Of a stretch of DNA of 64,000 nt, positions 47,796-56,276 are shown in pieces. This DNA comes from Candidatus Shapirobacteria bacterium (GTDB taxonomy: Bacteria > Patescibacteriota > Microgenomatia > UBA12405). Location: positions 11,236-75,235 of the forward strand of contig VFLE01000055.1 of assembly GCA_009885205.1 (NCBI GenBank), in the 5' to 3' direction. Within the stretch, counting starts at the first letter, position 1. Every line of letters begins with the position of its first letter. The position numbers and the translations under genes are program-made. The notes under the pieces were generated by a model. The model saw only the letters and a list, made by a program, of their open reading frames with translations, was not told the origin of the DNA and did not search any database.

Positions 47796-48047
47796 TATTG
47801 TCTATTAATTTATCTGTTTCACCAAAAAAATCGTTAAATTTATTTTTTATTTTTTTGATAATTTTGGCTTTGTCCTCAGCCGATATTAAAACAACTGCAG
47901 AAGCGATGATGGCGCCAATTATTAATCCCATTATAAAAAGTGAATTGTTATTATTTTTACTATCATTACACATTTTTTGTATTTTATTTTAATTTAATTT
48001 CGATTTAACTTTCGCCTCGCCGGCGGGGCTATGATCATCGCACATAT

Positions 48048-48305
48048 TTAGTTGTCTTTTTTGGACTTGGAGAACGAATTAAATAGCTTAAAACCATTTT
48101 TGAAACCCATTAAAAAGTCGGAGGCGGAGGAGACGGGACGGGCGATGGAGGAGGAAATTAAATTAGCATCGTCAACTATAGGCGAAACTTGTTTTAACAA
48201 TTTGCGAAGATCTTGGATAAATTTGATTAAATAAACAAAACAAAAAACAATAGCAATAGTAATGATCGATAAACTAACAGCAATGATGGTTGAAGTAACA
48301 TCCAT
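48048..48305 (-). CDS. Small membrane protein (DUF948-like?)
   Basis: 85 aa with an N-terminal TM helix and a coiled C-terminus. This is a weak family call. Confidence 0.35.
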   Translation of the reverse strand: MDVTSTIIAVSLSIITIAIVFCFVYLIKFIQDLRKLLKQVSPIVDDANLISSSIARPVSSASDFLMGFKNGFKLFNSFSKSKKDN

Positions 48306-48335
48306 ATAAAATAGTTTACACTATATTTTAAATTT

Positions 48336-48926
48336 TTATCTAAGAATTTTTTCTTCAACAGTACTTTTACCAGCCGGAGAAGTGGACTGAACTACAATTT
48401 TGGCTTCAGAGGTAGATAATTCCATTTTTTTGGCAAAATTACCGTCTTGGTCGACGACAACTTGATCTTGATTTATGGTGACAGTTGATTCGATATTGGT
48501 AGTACCTTTGATTTCGACAATTTGACTATATTGAGGCCAATTGACAATTAGTTTTGGGGGGTGGTTAAATTTAACGTATTCAAAGATTAAATATGAGGCA
48601 AATAAAACAATAAGTAAGGCAATAACGACAGTATAGGTAAATTGAGGAGTAAAAGAAAAAAATGATGATTTATTGTTTTTATCACAAATTTTTTTGGCAT
48701 AATCTCGACGAAAAATTGAAATAATTTCGTTGGGGTTTAAACCTAAGAATGTAGCATATTCGCGAAGCATGAGGGAACAATAAGGCTCATCGGGAAAGTC
48801 ATTACTTTTCTCTAACTCAAAAGCCTGGAGATATTTGAATGGGATTTTGGTTTTTTTACTAATTTCATCGAGAGTATATTCGCGATCAAGACGAGTTGTC
48901 TCTAGTAAAAAAGAAGTGCGCTTCAT
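48336..48926 (-). CDS. RodZ-like protein (HTH + single TM + extracytoplasmic domain)
   Basis: 196 aa. An N-terminal XRE-type HTH (LDEISKKTKIPFKYLQAFE) and the TM helix VVIALLIVLFASYLIF. Confidence 0.55.
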   Translation of the reverse strand: MKRTSFLLETTRLDREYTLDEISKKTKIPFKYLQAFELEKSNDFPDEPYCSLMLREYATFLGLNPNEIISIFRRDYAKKICDKNNKSSFFSFTPQFTYTVVIALLIVLFASYLIFEYVKFNHPPKLIVNWPQYSQIVEIKGTTNIESTVTINQDQVVVDQDGNFAKKMELSTSEAKIVVQSTSPAGKSTVEEKILR

Positions 48927-48999
48927 GTTTATTTGGTATCGCTAAATAAAAATATTTTTTTATTTTTAATTTTTACAACATTTGTTTTCATTTATTTAG

Positions 49000-51102
49000 T
49001 TATTCAGTATCGTTGGGAGTAGCATGAGGGATTAAAATTTCGCGGGCCTTGGCACCATTAACCGGACCGATAATCCCGGCCTTTTCCATTTCATCTAAAA
49101 TACTTGCGGCTCGCGCATAACCAACTCGGAGATGGCGTTGAAAAAAAGAAGCTGAAGCTTTGCCTGAGTTTCGGGTTAATTCGACTGCCTGAGTAAATAA
49201 GGCGTCATGATTTTCACCATCAACAACATTCATATTGGGTGATAGAGCATTTGGACTTTTGACTGGTTGTTTTAATATTTCGTCATTATATTCGCCAACA
49301 CGCTGAGTTTTTAGGAAATCGACAAGTCTGGTTATTTCTTTGTCAGAAACAAAACAACCTTGAACCCGTGATGGTTTGGCCTGTTCGGGGGGGATGTAAA
49401 GCATATCGCCTCGACCCAATAACTTTTCAGCCCCGGGAGTGTCCAAAATTACTCGGGAGTCCATCATCGAGGCCACGGCAAAAGCCATCCGGGCCGGAAT
49501 ATTGGCTTTGATTAAACCGGTAATAATGTTGACTGAGGGACGTTGAGTCGCCAAGACAAGATGAATGCCAGTGGCCCGAGCCATTTGGGCAATCCGACAA
49601 ATATTATCCTCGACTTCGGCGGGGGAAAAAAGCATAATATCGGCCAATTCGTCAATAAAAATTACAATATAAGGCAACGATTGAATACCAGAAATATTAT
49701 TAAAGCCTTCGATATTTTTGGCCCCAACTTGGGTAAATATTTTATAACGACGTTCCATTTCGGCGACGGCCCATTTGAGAGCAGAGACAACTTTTTCTGG
49801 CTCGACAATAACCGGGGTAAGCAAATGAGGAATGCCGTTGTAGGGGGTCAACTCGACTCGTTTGGGGTCAACCATAATTAAACGAAGTTCGTCGGGTGAG
49901 GCGCGAAAAAGAAGAGTGGCAATCCACGAATTGATACAGACTGATTTACCAGAACCAGTTTGACCAGCAATCAGCACGTGAGGCATTTTGGTAATATCGG
50001 CAACCTTGGGAAGTCCGGCGACATCAAGACCCAAGGGGACAAAAATTTTGTTGCGGGCATTTTTCATGACTTCAGACTCAAGAATGCGACGGATGGGAAC
50101 GACTTCAAGGGAATGATTTGGGACTTCGATACCGACTAGGGAACGACCAGGAATGGGGGCTTCGACTCGGATTTGACCACCGGGGGCAGCTAGAGCCATG
50201 GCTAAATCGTTACTAAGTGACACAACCTTGGTTAACTTGGTGCCCAAAGCAACTTCGATGGCGTATTGAGTCACCGAGGGGCTTTCGTTGACATCGGCCA
50301 CCCGAGCCGTAATACCAAATGACTCTAAAGTTTGCTCAATGATACCGGCATTTTTGGTAACATTGCCCCGATCAGCTTTGGTACCAGGAGTATTGTCAAA
50401 AATAGTAATGGGAGGATAGTTCCAAACTTGATTACTAGAAGAACTTAAAACGGGGGAGGCAAAGATAGAATTATTATCTGATTTCATAACCGGAGCAATA
50501 TCTAGAAATTTGGTTTCATCTTTTTTGCTGTAATGGGACTCATCTTTGGCAAAAATTGGTTCATTATTTTTTTGTAATATCTTTTTCTCTTTTGATTTTA
50601 TTGATAGACCAACAGTATATTTTTTGATAGCCAAAAATATATTTTGAAAAAATTTGAAAAGTTGGACAATATTAGTATCAAAAAGAACGACGATACCAAC
50701 AATAAAAGCAAAGAAAAAAATGATAAAGCTGATAATTTCAGAAAATATGGCTAGAGTTTGTTGCCATAAAAATAAACCAACAATCCCCTGTTTAAAAAGG
50801 GCCAAGGAAGCGACAAACATGATGAGAAATCCAAAAAAGATATTGGCTTCTTTCAAAAATATTTTTATTTTGGTAAATAAAAAGGAAATCAATAGCAACA
50901 AAAAAGGAATCATGACCGAGGCAAAACCAAAATAGTCGGATAACATTATGTTAAAGTTTGAGGCAAAATTACCCTGACGTAAAAATGATATGACCGAAAT
51001 TACCGATAAAATTAAGAAAAAGATAAAGAAAATTGATTTGACAGTATCAGGTTTTAGTTTAAGGCTGGGTAATATTTTACTTTTTTTACGTCCTCTGGGC
51101 AT
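49000..51102 (-). CDS. ftsK: DNA translocase FtsK/SpoIIIE
   Basis: 700 aa. N-terminal TM helices, a Walker A LIAGQTGSGKSV, a RecA-like motor and a C-terminal gamma-like winged helix. Confidence 0.9.
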   Translation of the reverse strand: MPRGRKKSKILPSLKLKPDTVKSIFFIFFLILSVISVISFLRQGNFASNFNIMLSDYFGFASVMIPFLLLLISFLFTKIKIFLKEANIFFGFLIMFVASLALFKQGIVGLFLWQQTLAIFSEIISFIIFFFAFIVGIVVLFDTNIVQLFKFFQNIFLAIKKYTVGLSIKSKEKKILQKNNEPIFAKDESHYSKKDETKFLDIAPVMKSDNNSIFASPVLSSSSNQVWNYPPITIFDNTPGTKADRGNVTKNAGIIEQTLESFGITARVADVNESPSVTQYAIEVALGTKLTKVVSLSNDLAMALAAPGGQIRVEAPIPGRSLVGIEVPNHSLEVVPIRRILESEVMKNARNKIFVPLGLDVAGLPKVADITKMPHVLIAGQTGSGKSVCINSWIATLLFRASPDELRLIMVDPKRVELTPYNGIPHLLTPVIVEPEKVVSALKWAVAEMERRYKIFTQVGAKNIEGFNNISGIQSLPYIVIFIDELADIMLFSPAEVEDNICRIAQMARATGIHLVLATQRPSVNIITGLIKANIPARMAFAVASMMDSRVILDTPGAEKLLGRGDMLYIPPEQAKPSRVQGCFVSDKEITRLVDFLKTQRVGEYNDEILKQPVKSPNALSPNMNVVDGENHDALFTQAVELTRNSGKASASFFQRHLRVGYARAASILDEMEKAGIIGPVNGAKAREILIPHATPNDTE

Positions 51103-51134
51103 AAAAATAGTATATAGTAGTCAGTGGTTAGTGG

Positions 51135-52553
51135 CTAGTATGAAAGACCAAACAACCATCGGTGGGAGGAAGGTTTGCCACAGCGGACGCACTTGCCGTT
51201 TTCTTCAGGAGCGTCGAGAGGGAGACAGCGAGTAGTGGCCTTGGTGTCGGTTTTAATTTGGGCCTCACAATCAGCATTTTCACACCAGTGGGCGGAAATA
51301 AAACCACGACTAGTTTCCATTATTTTTTTAAATTCGTCGTAAGTGTCGGCTTTAAAAGTATGGTCTTGGGTAAACTTTTTGTGTTTGTCAAAAAGTTTTT
51401 GCTGAATATCTTTTAATAGCGCATCAACGGTTGTTGATATGTCAGCTATAGGAACAGTAATTTTTTCACTAGTATCACGACGAGAAATAATGACGGTGCC
51501 CGAGGCAACATCACGATCACCAATTTCTATTCGTAGAGGAATTCCTTTTAGTTCCCATTTATTGAATTTGACACCTGCAGTCTCCCCTTCTTTGTCGTCA
51601 AGTTTAATGCGATAACTTTCTAAATTTTTTAGTAGTTCTTTTGATTTTTCTAATGCAGTAGTGTGCCCAGGAATAGGAACAATTACTATTTGGATTGGGG
51701 CTATATTTGGAGGAATAACTAACCCCTTTTCGTCACCATGAGACATAATTAAGCCGCCAATTGAGCGAGTAGAAAATCCCCAAGAGTTTTGCCATGGCAT
51801 ACTCTTTTCTCCTATTTGGTCTTGGACCGTCCAGTCAATCGATTTGGAAAAATTTTGACCAAGATCGTGGCTAGTACAGGCTTGGAGCGACTTGCCATTG
51901 GGCATTAAAGCCTCAAAAGTGTAGGATTTAAAACCACCGGCAAATTTCTCGGAATCACTCTTGGCACCAATAATGCCATAAACACCCATTAATTCATTGT
52001 ATGTTTGCTCATACATTTTGATGGCCCACATAACTTCTTGCATACTTTCTTCGTGGGTCAGGTGTGCACAATGCCCCTCTTGCCACAAAAATTCTGAGGT
52101 ACGTAAAAACAAATAGGTGCGTTTTTCCCAGCGAACGACATTGCACCATTGATTCATACGAACTGGTAAGTCGCGCCACGATCCAAACCATTTTTTGTAC
52201 ATTTCGTACATCATCATTTCTGATGTAGGACGGACGGCTAATTTATCGACCAACTCTTTGCCACCACCAACGGTGACCACGGCGAGCTCTGGAGCAAAAC
52301 CTTCGACATGTTCTTTTTCTTTTTCAAAATAGGACATAGGGATAAATAAAGGAAAATAGGCATTTTCCACATCATGCTTCTTGATCAAAACATCCATGAA
52401 TTTTTGGATATTTTCCCAAAGAGCATAACCATAGGGTCGGATGACCATACAACCTTTGACAGGGGCATAGTCGGCCAGCTCGGCTTTTAACACCACCTCA
52501 TTAAACCATTCGGATAAGTTTGTTTTGAAATCAGGAAGTTGATTTTGAGCCAT
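51135..52553 (-). CDS. proS: Prolyl-tRNA synthetase, archaeal/eukaryotic-type
   Basis: Class-II motifs (FLRTSEFLWQEGH) and a C-terminal Zn-binding tail CVRCGKPSSHRWLFGLSY. The start is set at the internal ATG (MAQNQ). The track ORF starts at an upstream TTG. Confidence 0.85.
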   Translation of the reverse strand: MAQNQLPDFKTNLSEWFNEVVLKAELADYAPVKGCMVIRPYGYALWENIQKFMDVLIKKHDVENAYFPLFIPMSYFEKEKEHVEGFAPELAVVTVGGGKELVDKLAVRPTSEMMMYEMYKKWFGSWRDLPVRMNQWCNVVRWEKRTYLFLRTSEFLWQEGHCAHLTHEESMQEVMWAIKMYEQTYNELMGVYGIIGAKSDSEKFAGGFKSYTFEALMPNGKSLQACTSHDLGQNFSKSIDWTVQDQIGEKSMPWQNSWGFSTRSIGGLIMSHGDEKGLVIPPNIAPIQIVIVPIPGHTTALEKSKELLKNLESYRIKLDDKEGETAGVKFNKWELKGIPLRIEIGDRDVASGTVIISRRDTSEKITVPIADISTTVDALLKDIQQKLFDKHKKFTQDHTFKADTYDEFKKIMETSRGFISAHWCENADCEAQIKTDTKATTRCLPLDAPEENGKCVRCGKPSSHRWLFGLSY

Positions 52554-52727
52554 ACAAAATAATAGCAAATTTACAGGGACGAATGCATCGTGGTACCACC
52601 CTTTTTTAATCTCTTTTGAATTTACAGTTCAGTTCTGGAGCTACTTTCGTAGTCACCTCCACGGCGGGACACCGTTTCATAGGTTTTGAGAATTATATCA
52701 GATTTTTTATCGTGGTATAAATAATAA

Positions 52728-53033
52728 ATGACTAAGACAAAATCATATTTAACTTTACTTGCTTTAAACTTTGTATTTTTGTTTTTATTTTTGAATTTTT
52801 ATTCAGGTACTATTTATGGAAAGAATAATCTTGGTGGTGGTGAGCCTGGTCTGGCGGAATTCAGTGTATTTGTGTGGGGATTGGTGTATTACCCAGTTGG
52901 TATTTTGTTATCAATTAGTTTTTTTAATAATATCGTTAATAAATTTTCAATGGTTAAAATTAAATTTATACATAAGCTCTTGATTTCCTCAATAATTTTA
53001 TCTTTTTGTTGGACTTGGTTTTTATTTAGATAA
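52728..53033 (+). CDS. Hypothetical small membrane protein (3 TM)
   Basis: 101 aa, hydrophobic, with no recognisable domain. Confidence 0.35.
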   Translation: MTKTKSYLTLLALNFVFLFLFLNFYSGTIYGKNNLGGGEPGLAEFSVFVWGLVYYPVGILLSISFFNNIVNKFSMVKIKFIHKLLISSIILSFCWTWFLFR

Positions 53034-53101
53034 TACAAAAAGCCCGCGGTGCACGAAATAAATTTCATACACAACGCGAGCTTGAATCAATAATAACAGA
53101 C

Positions 53102-54871
53102 TTAAACTTCCATCACCAATGGCAAGACCATAGGTTGGCGGCCGGTCTTTTCGAGAATTATTCCTTCAATATGAGCCTGTAATTCTTGTCTAATAAATTC
53201 AAAATTAGCAGGTTTAGAAGTTGCCTCGGTAAATTTGCGATTTATTTCGGCCATTAAAAAGTCCATAAGATCGGCATTTTCTTTTTCAAAAACAAAGCCC
53301 CTCGATAAAATTACTGGAGGTTTGGCTAAGATACCAGTTTCTTTAGTTACCAACAAAACAAAGGAGAACATCCCTTCTTCGGCCAATAATTTGCGATCGC
53401 GCAAAACAGTAGTACCAACATCACCAATTCCCAAACCATCAATTAATACTTTGCGAAGCTGATTGTGCTGTTTGGTATCGACCTTACCATCGGCAAAAAA
53501 AGTGATAATAGCATCGGTATCGGGTGAAATTAATTGTTCGTCTTTGTACCCCATAGTTTTGGCCATGGTGTGGTAACTTTTGACGTGACGGAAATTACCT
53601 CCAATTGGGACTAAATATTTGGGACGGACTAAATCCATCAAAATAGCGTGTTCTTTTTGAAAACCGTGACCAGAGACGTGAATTTCTTGACTGTCACCAT
53701 AAATTACTTCGGCACCCATACGAGCCAGAGTGTCAATCAAATCATAAATATGGGAAGTAGTGCCAGGAATATAATCGGGGGCAGAAAAAATAACTTTGTC
53801 ACCTGATTTTATTTTAATCCTATGTTTTCCCATAACCATTTTACTTAAAGCAGAATTAGGTTGAGCGGAAAAACCAGCAACTAAAAATATTAGCTTATTA
53901 TCGGCAAAATTTTTGGTTCGTTCAACGGGCACTAAATCATCATCAGTTAAGTTAACATAGCCAAGTTCTTTGGCAATGGCAATAGCTTTGTCAACCGAAT
54001 AACCGACGGGGACAATTTTTCGACCAGCGCGTTTGGCATAATCGATGGCTTGACCCCAACGAACGACGTTACTGGAAATTGAAGTCACAAAAACCCGACC
54101 CTTTGATGTAATAATATCGCGGTTGAATTTTTCGGCAATAGAACTCTCGGAAGGTGAAAAACCTTCGTGATCAGCACCAAGACAATCAGACATTAGAGCC
54201 ACAACTTTCTTTTCACCAACGCGGGCGATGTGAGCCAAATCGGAAGGTTTGCCGTCTAAGGGAAATAAATCAAATTTAAAATCAGAACCATGGTAAAAAA
54301 TACCGATGGGAGTGGTAATAGCAAAATGATTGGTGTCAGGAACAGAATGGTTGACCTTAATGGTATCAATAGTAAATGGACCGGCGGTCATAACATCACC
54401 ACTTTCGTAGATTTTCATGTTGCTACGAATTGAGGCTTCGACTAAACGATTATCAATAAAGGCAGCGGCCATTCGAGGGGCAAAAAGTGGGATATTTGGA
54501 CCAAGAACAGGGAGAATAAAACGAAGAGCACCGATATGGTCTTCGTGACCGTGGGTGATAAAAATACCCAAAATTCGGTCTTTTTTGTCTTCCAAATATT
54601 TAGTATCAGGAATTTGGAGATCAACTCCAAACTCGTCTTCTTCGGGGAAACCAACACCGCAGTCGACAATGATTATCTGACTTTTGGCCAGGTCGCCATT
54701 GGGGACATATTCATAGACGAACATGTTTTGGGTAACATCACCAAAGCCACCAAGGGCAATGAGACGAACCGAATCACGGCTACCGCCAAGATTTTGGACA
54801 GGGAGAGTTTTGGAAAAATTAACAGGAGGACGGTTTACCGGACGAGCCGGTGAGAAATTTTTATTTATCAT
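53102..54871 (-). CDS. rnj: Ribonuclease J (metallo-beta-lactamase / beta-CASP)
   Basis: 589 aa. ITHGHEDHIGAL motif plus beta-CASP and C-terminal domains. Confidence 0.85.
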   Translation of the reverse strand: MINKNFSPARPVNRPPVNFSKTLPVQNLGGSRDSVRLIALGGFGDVTQNMFVYEYVPNGDLAKSQIIIVDCGVGFPEEDEFGVDLQIPDTKYLEDKKDRILGIFITHGHEDHIGALRFILPVLGPNIPLFAPRMAAAFIDNRLVEASIRSNMKIYESGDVMTAGPFTIDTIKVNHSVPDTNHFAITTPIGIFYHGSDFKFDLFPLDGKPSDLAHIARVGEKKVVALMSDCLGADHEGFSPSESSIAEKFNRDIITSKGRVFVTSISSNVVRWGQAIDYAKRAGRKIVPVGYSVDKAIAIAKELGYVNLTDDDLVPVERTKNFADNKLIFLVAGFSAQPNSALSKMVMGKHRIKIKSGDKVIFSAPDYIPGTTSHIYDLIDTLARMGAEVIYGDSQEIHVSGHGFQKEHAILMDLVRPKYLVPIGGNFRHVKSYHTMAKTMGYKDEQLISPDTDAIITFFADGKVDTKQHNQLRKVLIDGLGIGDVGTTVLRDRKLLAEEGMFSFVLLVTKETGILAKPPVILSRGFVFEKENADLMDFLMAEINRKFTEATSKPANFEFIRQELQAHIEGIILEKTGRQPMVLPLVMEV

Positions 54872-54994
54872 AAGTAAAGTATAAGAATGAAGAGAATTGT
54901 TTTAATTAAATAATGGTAACATTTTCGCGACTAACATTTCGTTTCGGAGAATGATTCTGTTCAAGCTGTTGGGATAGTATAACATGAAAATTGT

Positions 54995-56068
54995 TTACCA
55001 CTGTGGCATATATTTTTTGACGTTACTATCGTCAATAACAATTTTGGGTGTGCCGGATAAAATTAGGGCGGCGGTTTTGCGACAGAGGCCTTCGATGTTG
55101 CGCTTTAGAGTACGGACACCGGCGTCAAAACCAAGAGGACGAACAATGTTTGGCCAAATGTCATCGTTAATTATTAATTCGTCCTTAGTTATGGCTGAAT
55201 CTTTTAGTGCCCGGGGTAATAAATATTTTTTACCAATCATCATTTTTTCTTCGTCATTGTAACTAGGCATTTGGATAACTTCGAGACGATCCATAACGGC
55301 AGTAGCGATACGGGCAGTGTTGTTGCAAGTGGCGACAAAAAAAGCTTGGGACAAATTAAAAGGATAATCTAAATAATGATCGGAAAAGCGGTCGTTTTGC
55401 TCGGGGTCGAGTAGCTCGACTAGCACACCCATAATGGTATTGAGGGCATCGTCGGCGACACGGTCGATTTCATCTAAAAGTATGACGGGATTATTGGTTT
55501 TGGCAGTGGCCAGACCACGGATAATGGCGCCGGGTTCGGCTTCGGGGTGGAGACGACTTTGACCACGAAGATAAAGTGGGTCACCTAAACCGCCAAAAGG
55601 AATACGAATAAGTTGGCGACCAAGGACATCGGCAATGGACTTGGCCATGGTAGTTTTGCCAGTACCTACGAGCCCCACAAACAACAAAATTGGAGCCCGA
55701 AAAGGCTCGTCGGGGTGACGAGTTTTTTGCAAAGCCAGAATGGAAACGTATTCTTCGATTCTTTGTTTAACTTCGTCGAGGCCATAATGATTTTCGTCGA
55801 GTTTTTGGCGAGTGTGGGAAATGTCAAGAATGTCGTCACTTTTGGTAAACCAAGGCAATTTAATAACCCAATCGAGATATTTATTGGCTGATTGATAAAA
55901 AGCCCAAAAAGTATCTTCGGATTTTGAGTTTACTTCTAACTGGGCAAATAACTCGTTTAAAGATTCGACCAGACCATCGGGTAATTTGACACTCTTGGAT
56001 TTGGTCCGCAATTTTTCAATGGCACTAACGATGGTCAAATTTTCTTCGGGCATATAAAAAGTATACAC
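54995..56068 (-). CDS. Lon-like AAA+ ATPase without the S16 protease domain and with a truncated N-domain
   Basis: 357 aa. It aligns with the Lon AAA+ module from ...YLDWVIKLPW...HYGLDEVKQRIEEY through Walker A GLVGTGKTT, Walker B ILLDEID, sensor-2 and AGVRTLKRNIEGLCRK. It then stops, with no Ser-Lys protease domain. Confidence 0.7.
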   Translation of the reverse strand: MYTFYMPEENLTIVSAIEKLRTKSKSVKLPDGLVESLNELFAQLEVNSKSEDTFWAFYQSANKYLDWVIKLPWFTKSDDILDISHTRQKLDENHYGLDEVKQRIEEYVSILALQKTRHPDEPFRAPILLFVGLVGTGKTTMAKSIADVLGRQLIRIPFGGLGDPLYLRGQSRLHPEAEPGAIIRGLATAKTNNPVILLDEIDRVADDALNTIMGVLVELLDPEQNDRFSDHYLDYPFNLSQAFFVATCNNTARIATAVMDRLEVIQMPSYNDEEKMMIGKKYLLPRALKDSAITKDELIINDDIWPNIVRPLGFDAGVRTLKRNIEGLCRKTAALILSGTPKIVIDDSNVKKYMPQW

Positions 56069-56145
56069 GAAAAAACACTATTATTTATGAGACCAATGTG
56101 TGGTGGAATTCTTGTTTTACTACAACGTGATTTGTCGATTATTGT

Positions 56146-56226
56146 GTAGAGACGCACCATGGTGCGTCTCTACAGGGATGCGAATATGCCTAATATTGGG
56201 GAATAAACGCAGCGAAACAATCATTG
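56146..56226. repeat. Composite repeat: family-A palindrome (core caccatggtg) + 21-nt linker + conserved 32-nt tail (copy 3 of 3)
   Basis: Perfect palindrome at 56146-56173, then attggggaataaacgcagcgaaacaatcattg. It lies between pnp and the lon-like gene. Confidence 0.85.
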
Positions 56227-56232
56227 AATATT

Positions 56233-56260
56233 GTAGGAACATGCCGCGGCATGTTCCTAC
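56233..56260. repeat. REP-like palindrome, family B (GTAGGAAC-atgccgcggcat-GTTCCTAC)
   Basis: 28-bp perfect inverted repeat, 7 nt after the composite repeat and 17 nt before the pnp stop. Confidence 0.9.
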
Positions 56261-56276
56261 GTAAAGAAATTACGAA

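Noticed and set aside
47590-47973. 127-aa ORF (and similarly 27539..27808) as real protein-coding genes
   Set aside because: Their sequences contain SRDAPRGVST / RRDVARYVST, which are just translations of GTAGAGACG...CGTCTCTAC palindromes that happen to be open in that frame. At most the first about 59 codons of 47590..47973 could be a genuine small TM peptide.
53034-53101. Imperfect hairpin (gcccgcg...cgcgagc) between the convergent 52728 ORF and rnj as a bidirectional terminator
   Set aside because: It has one mismatch in a 7-bp stem and no clear U/A tracts. It is plausible but too weak to annotate as a feature.
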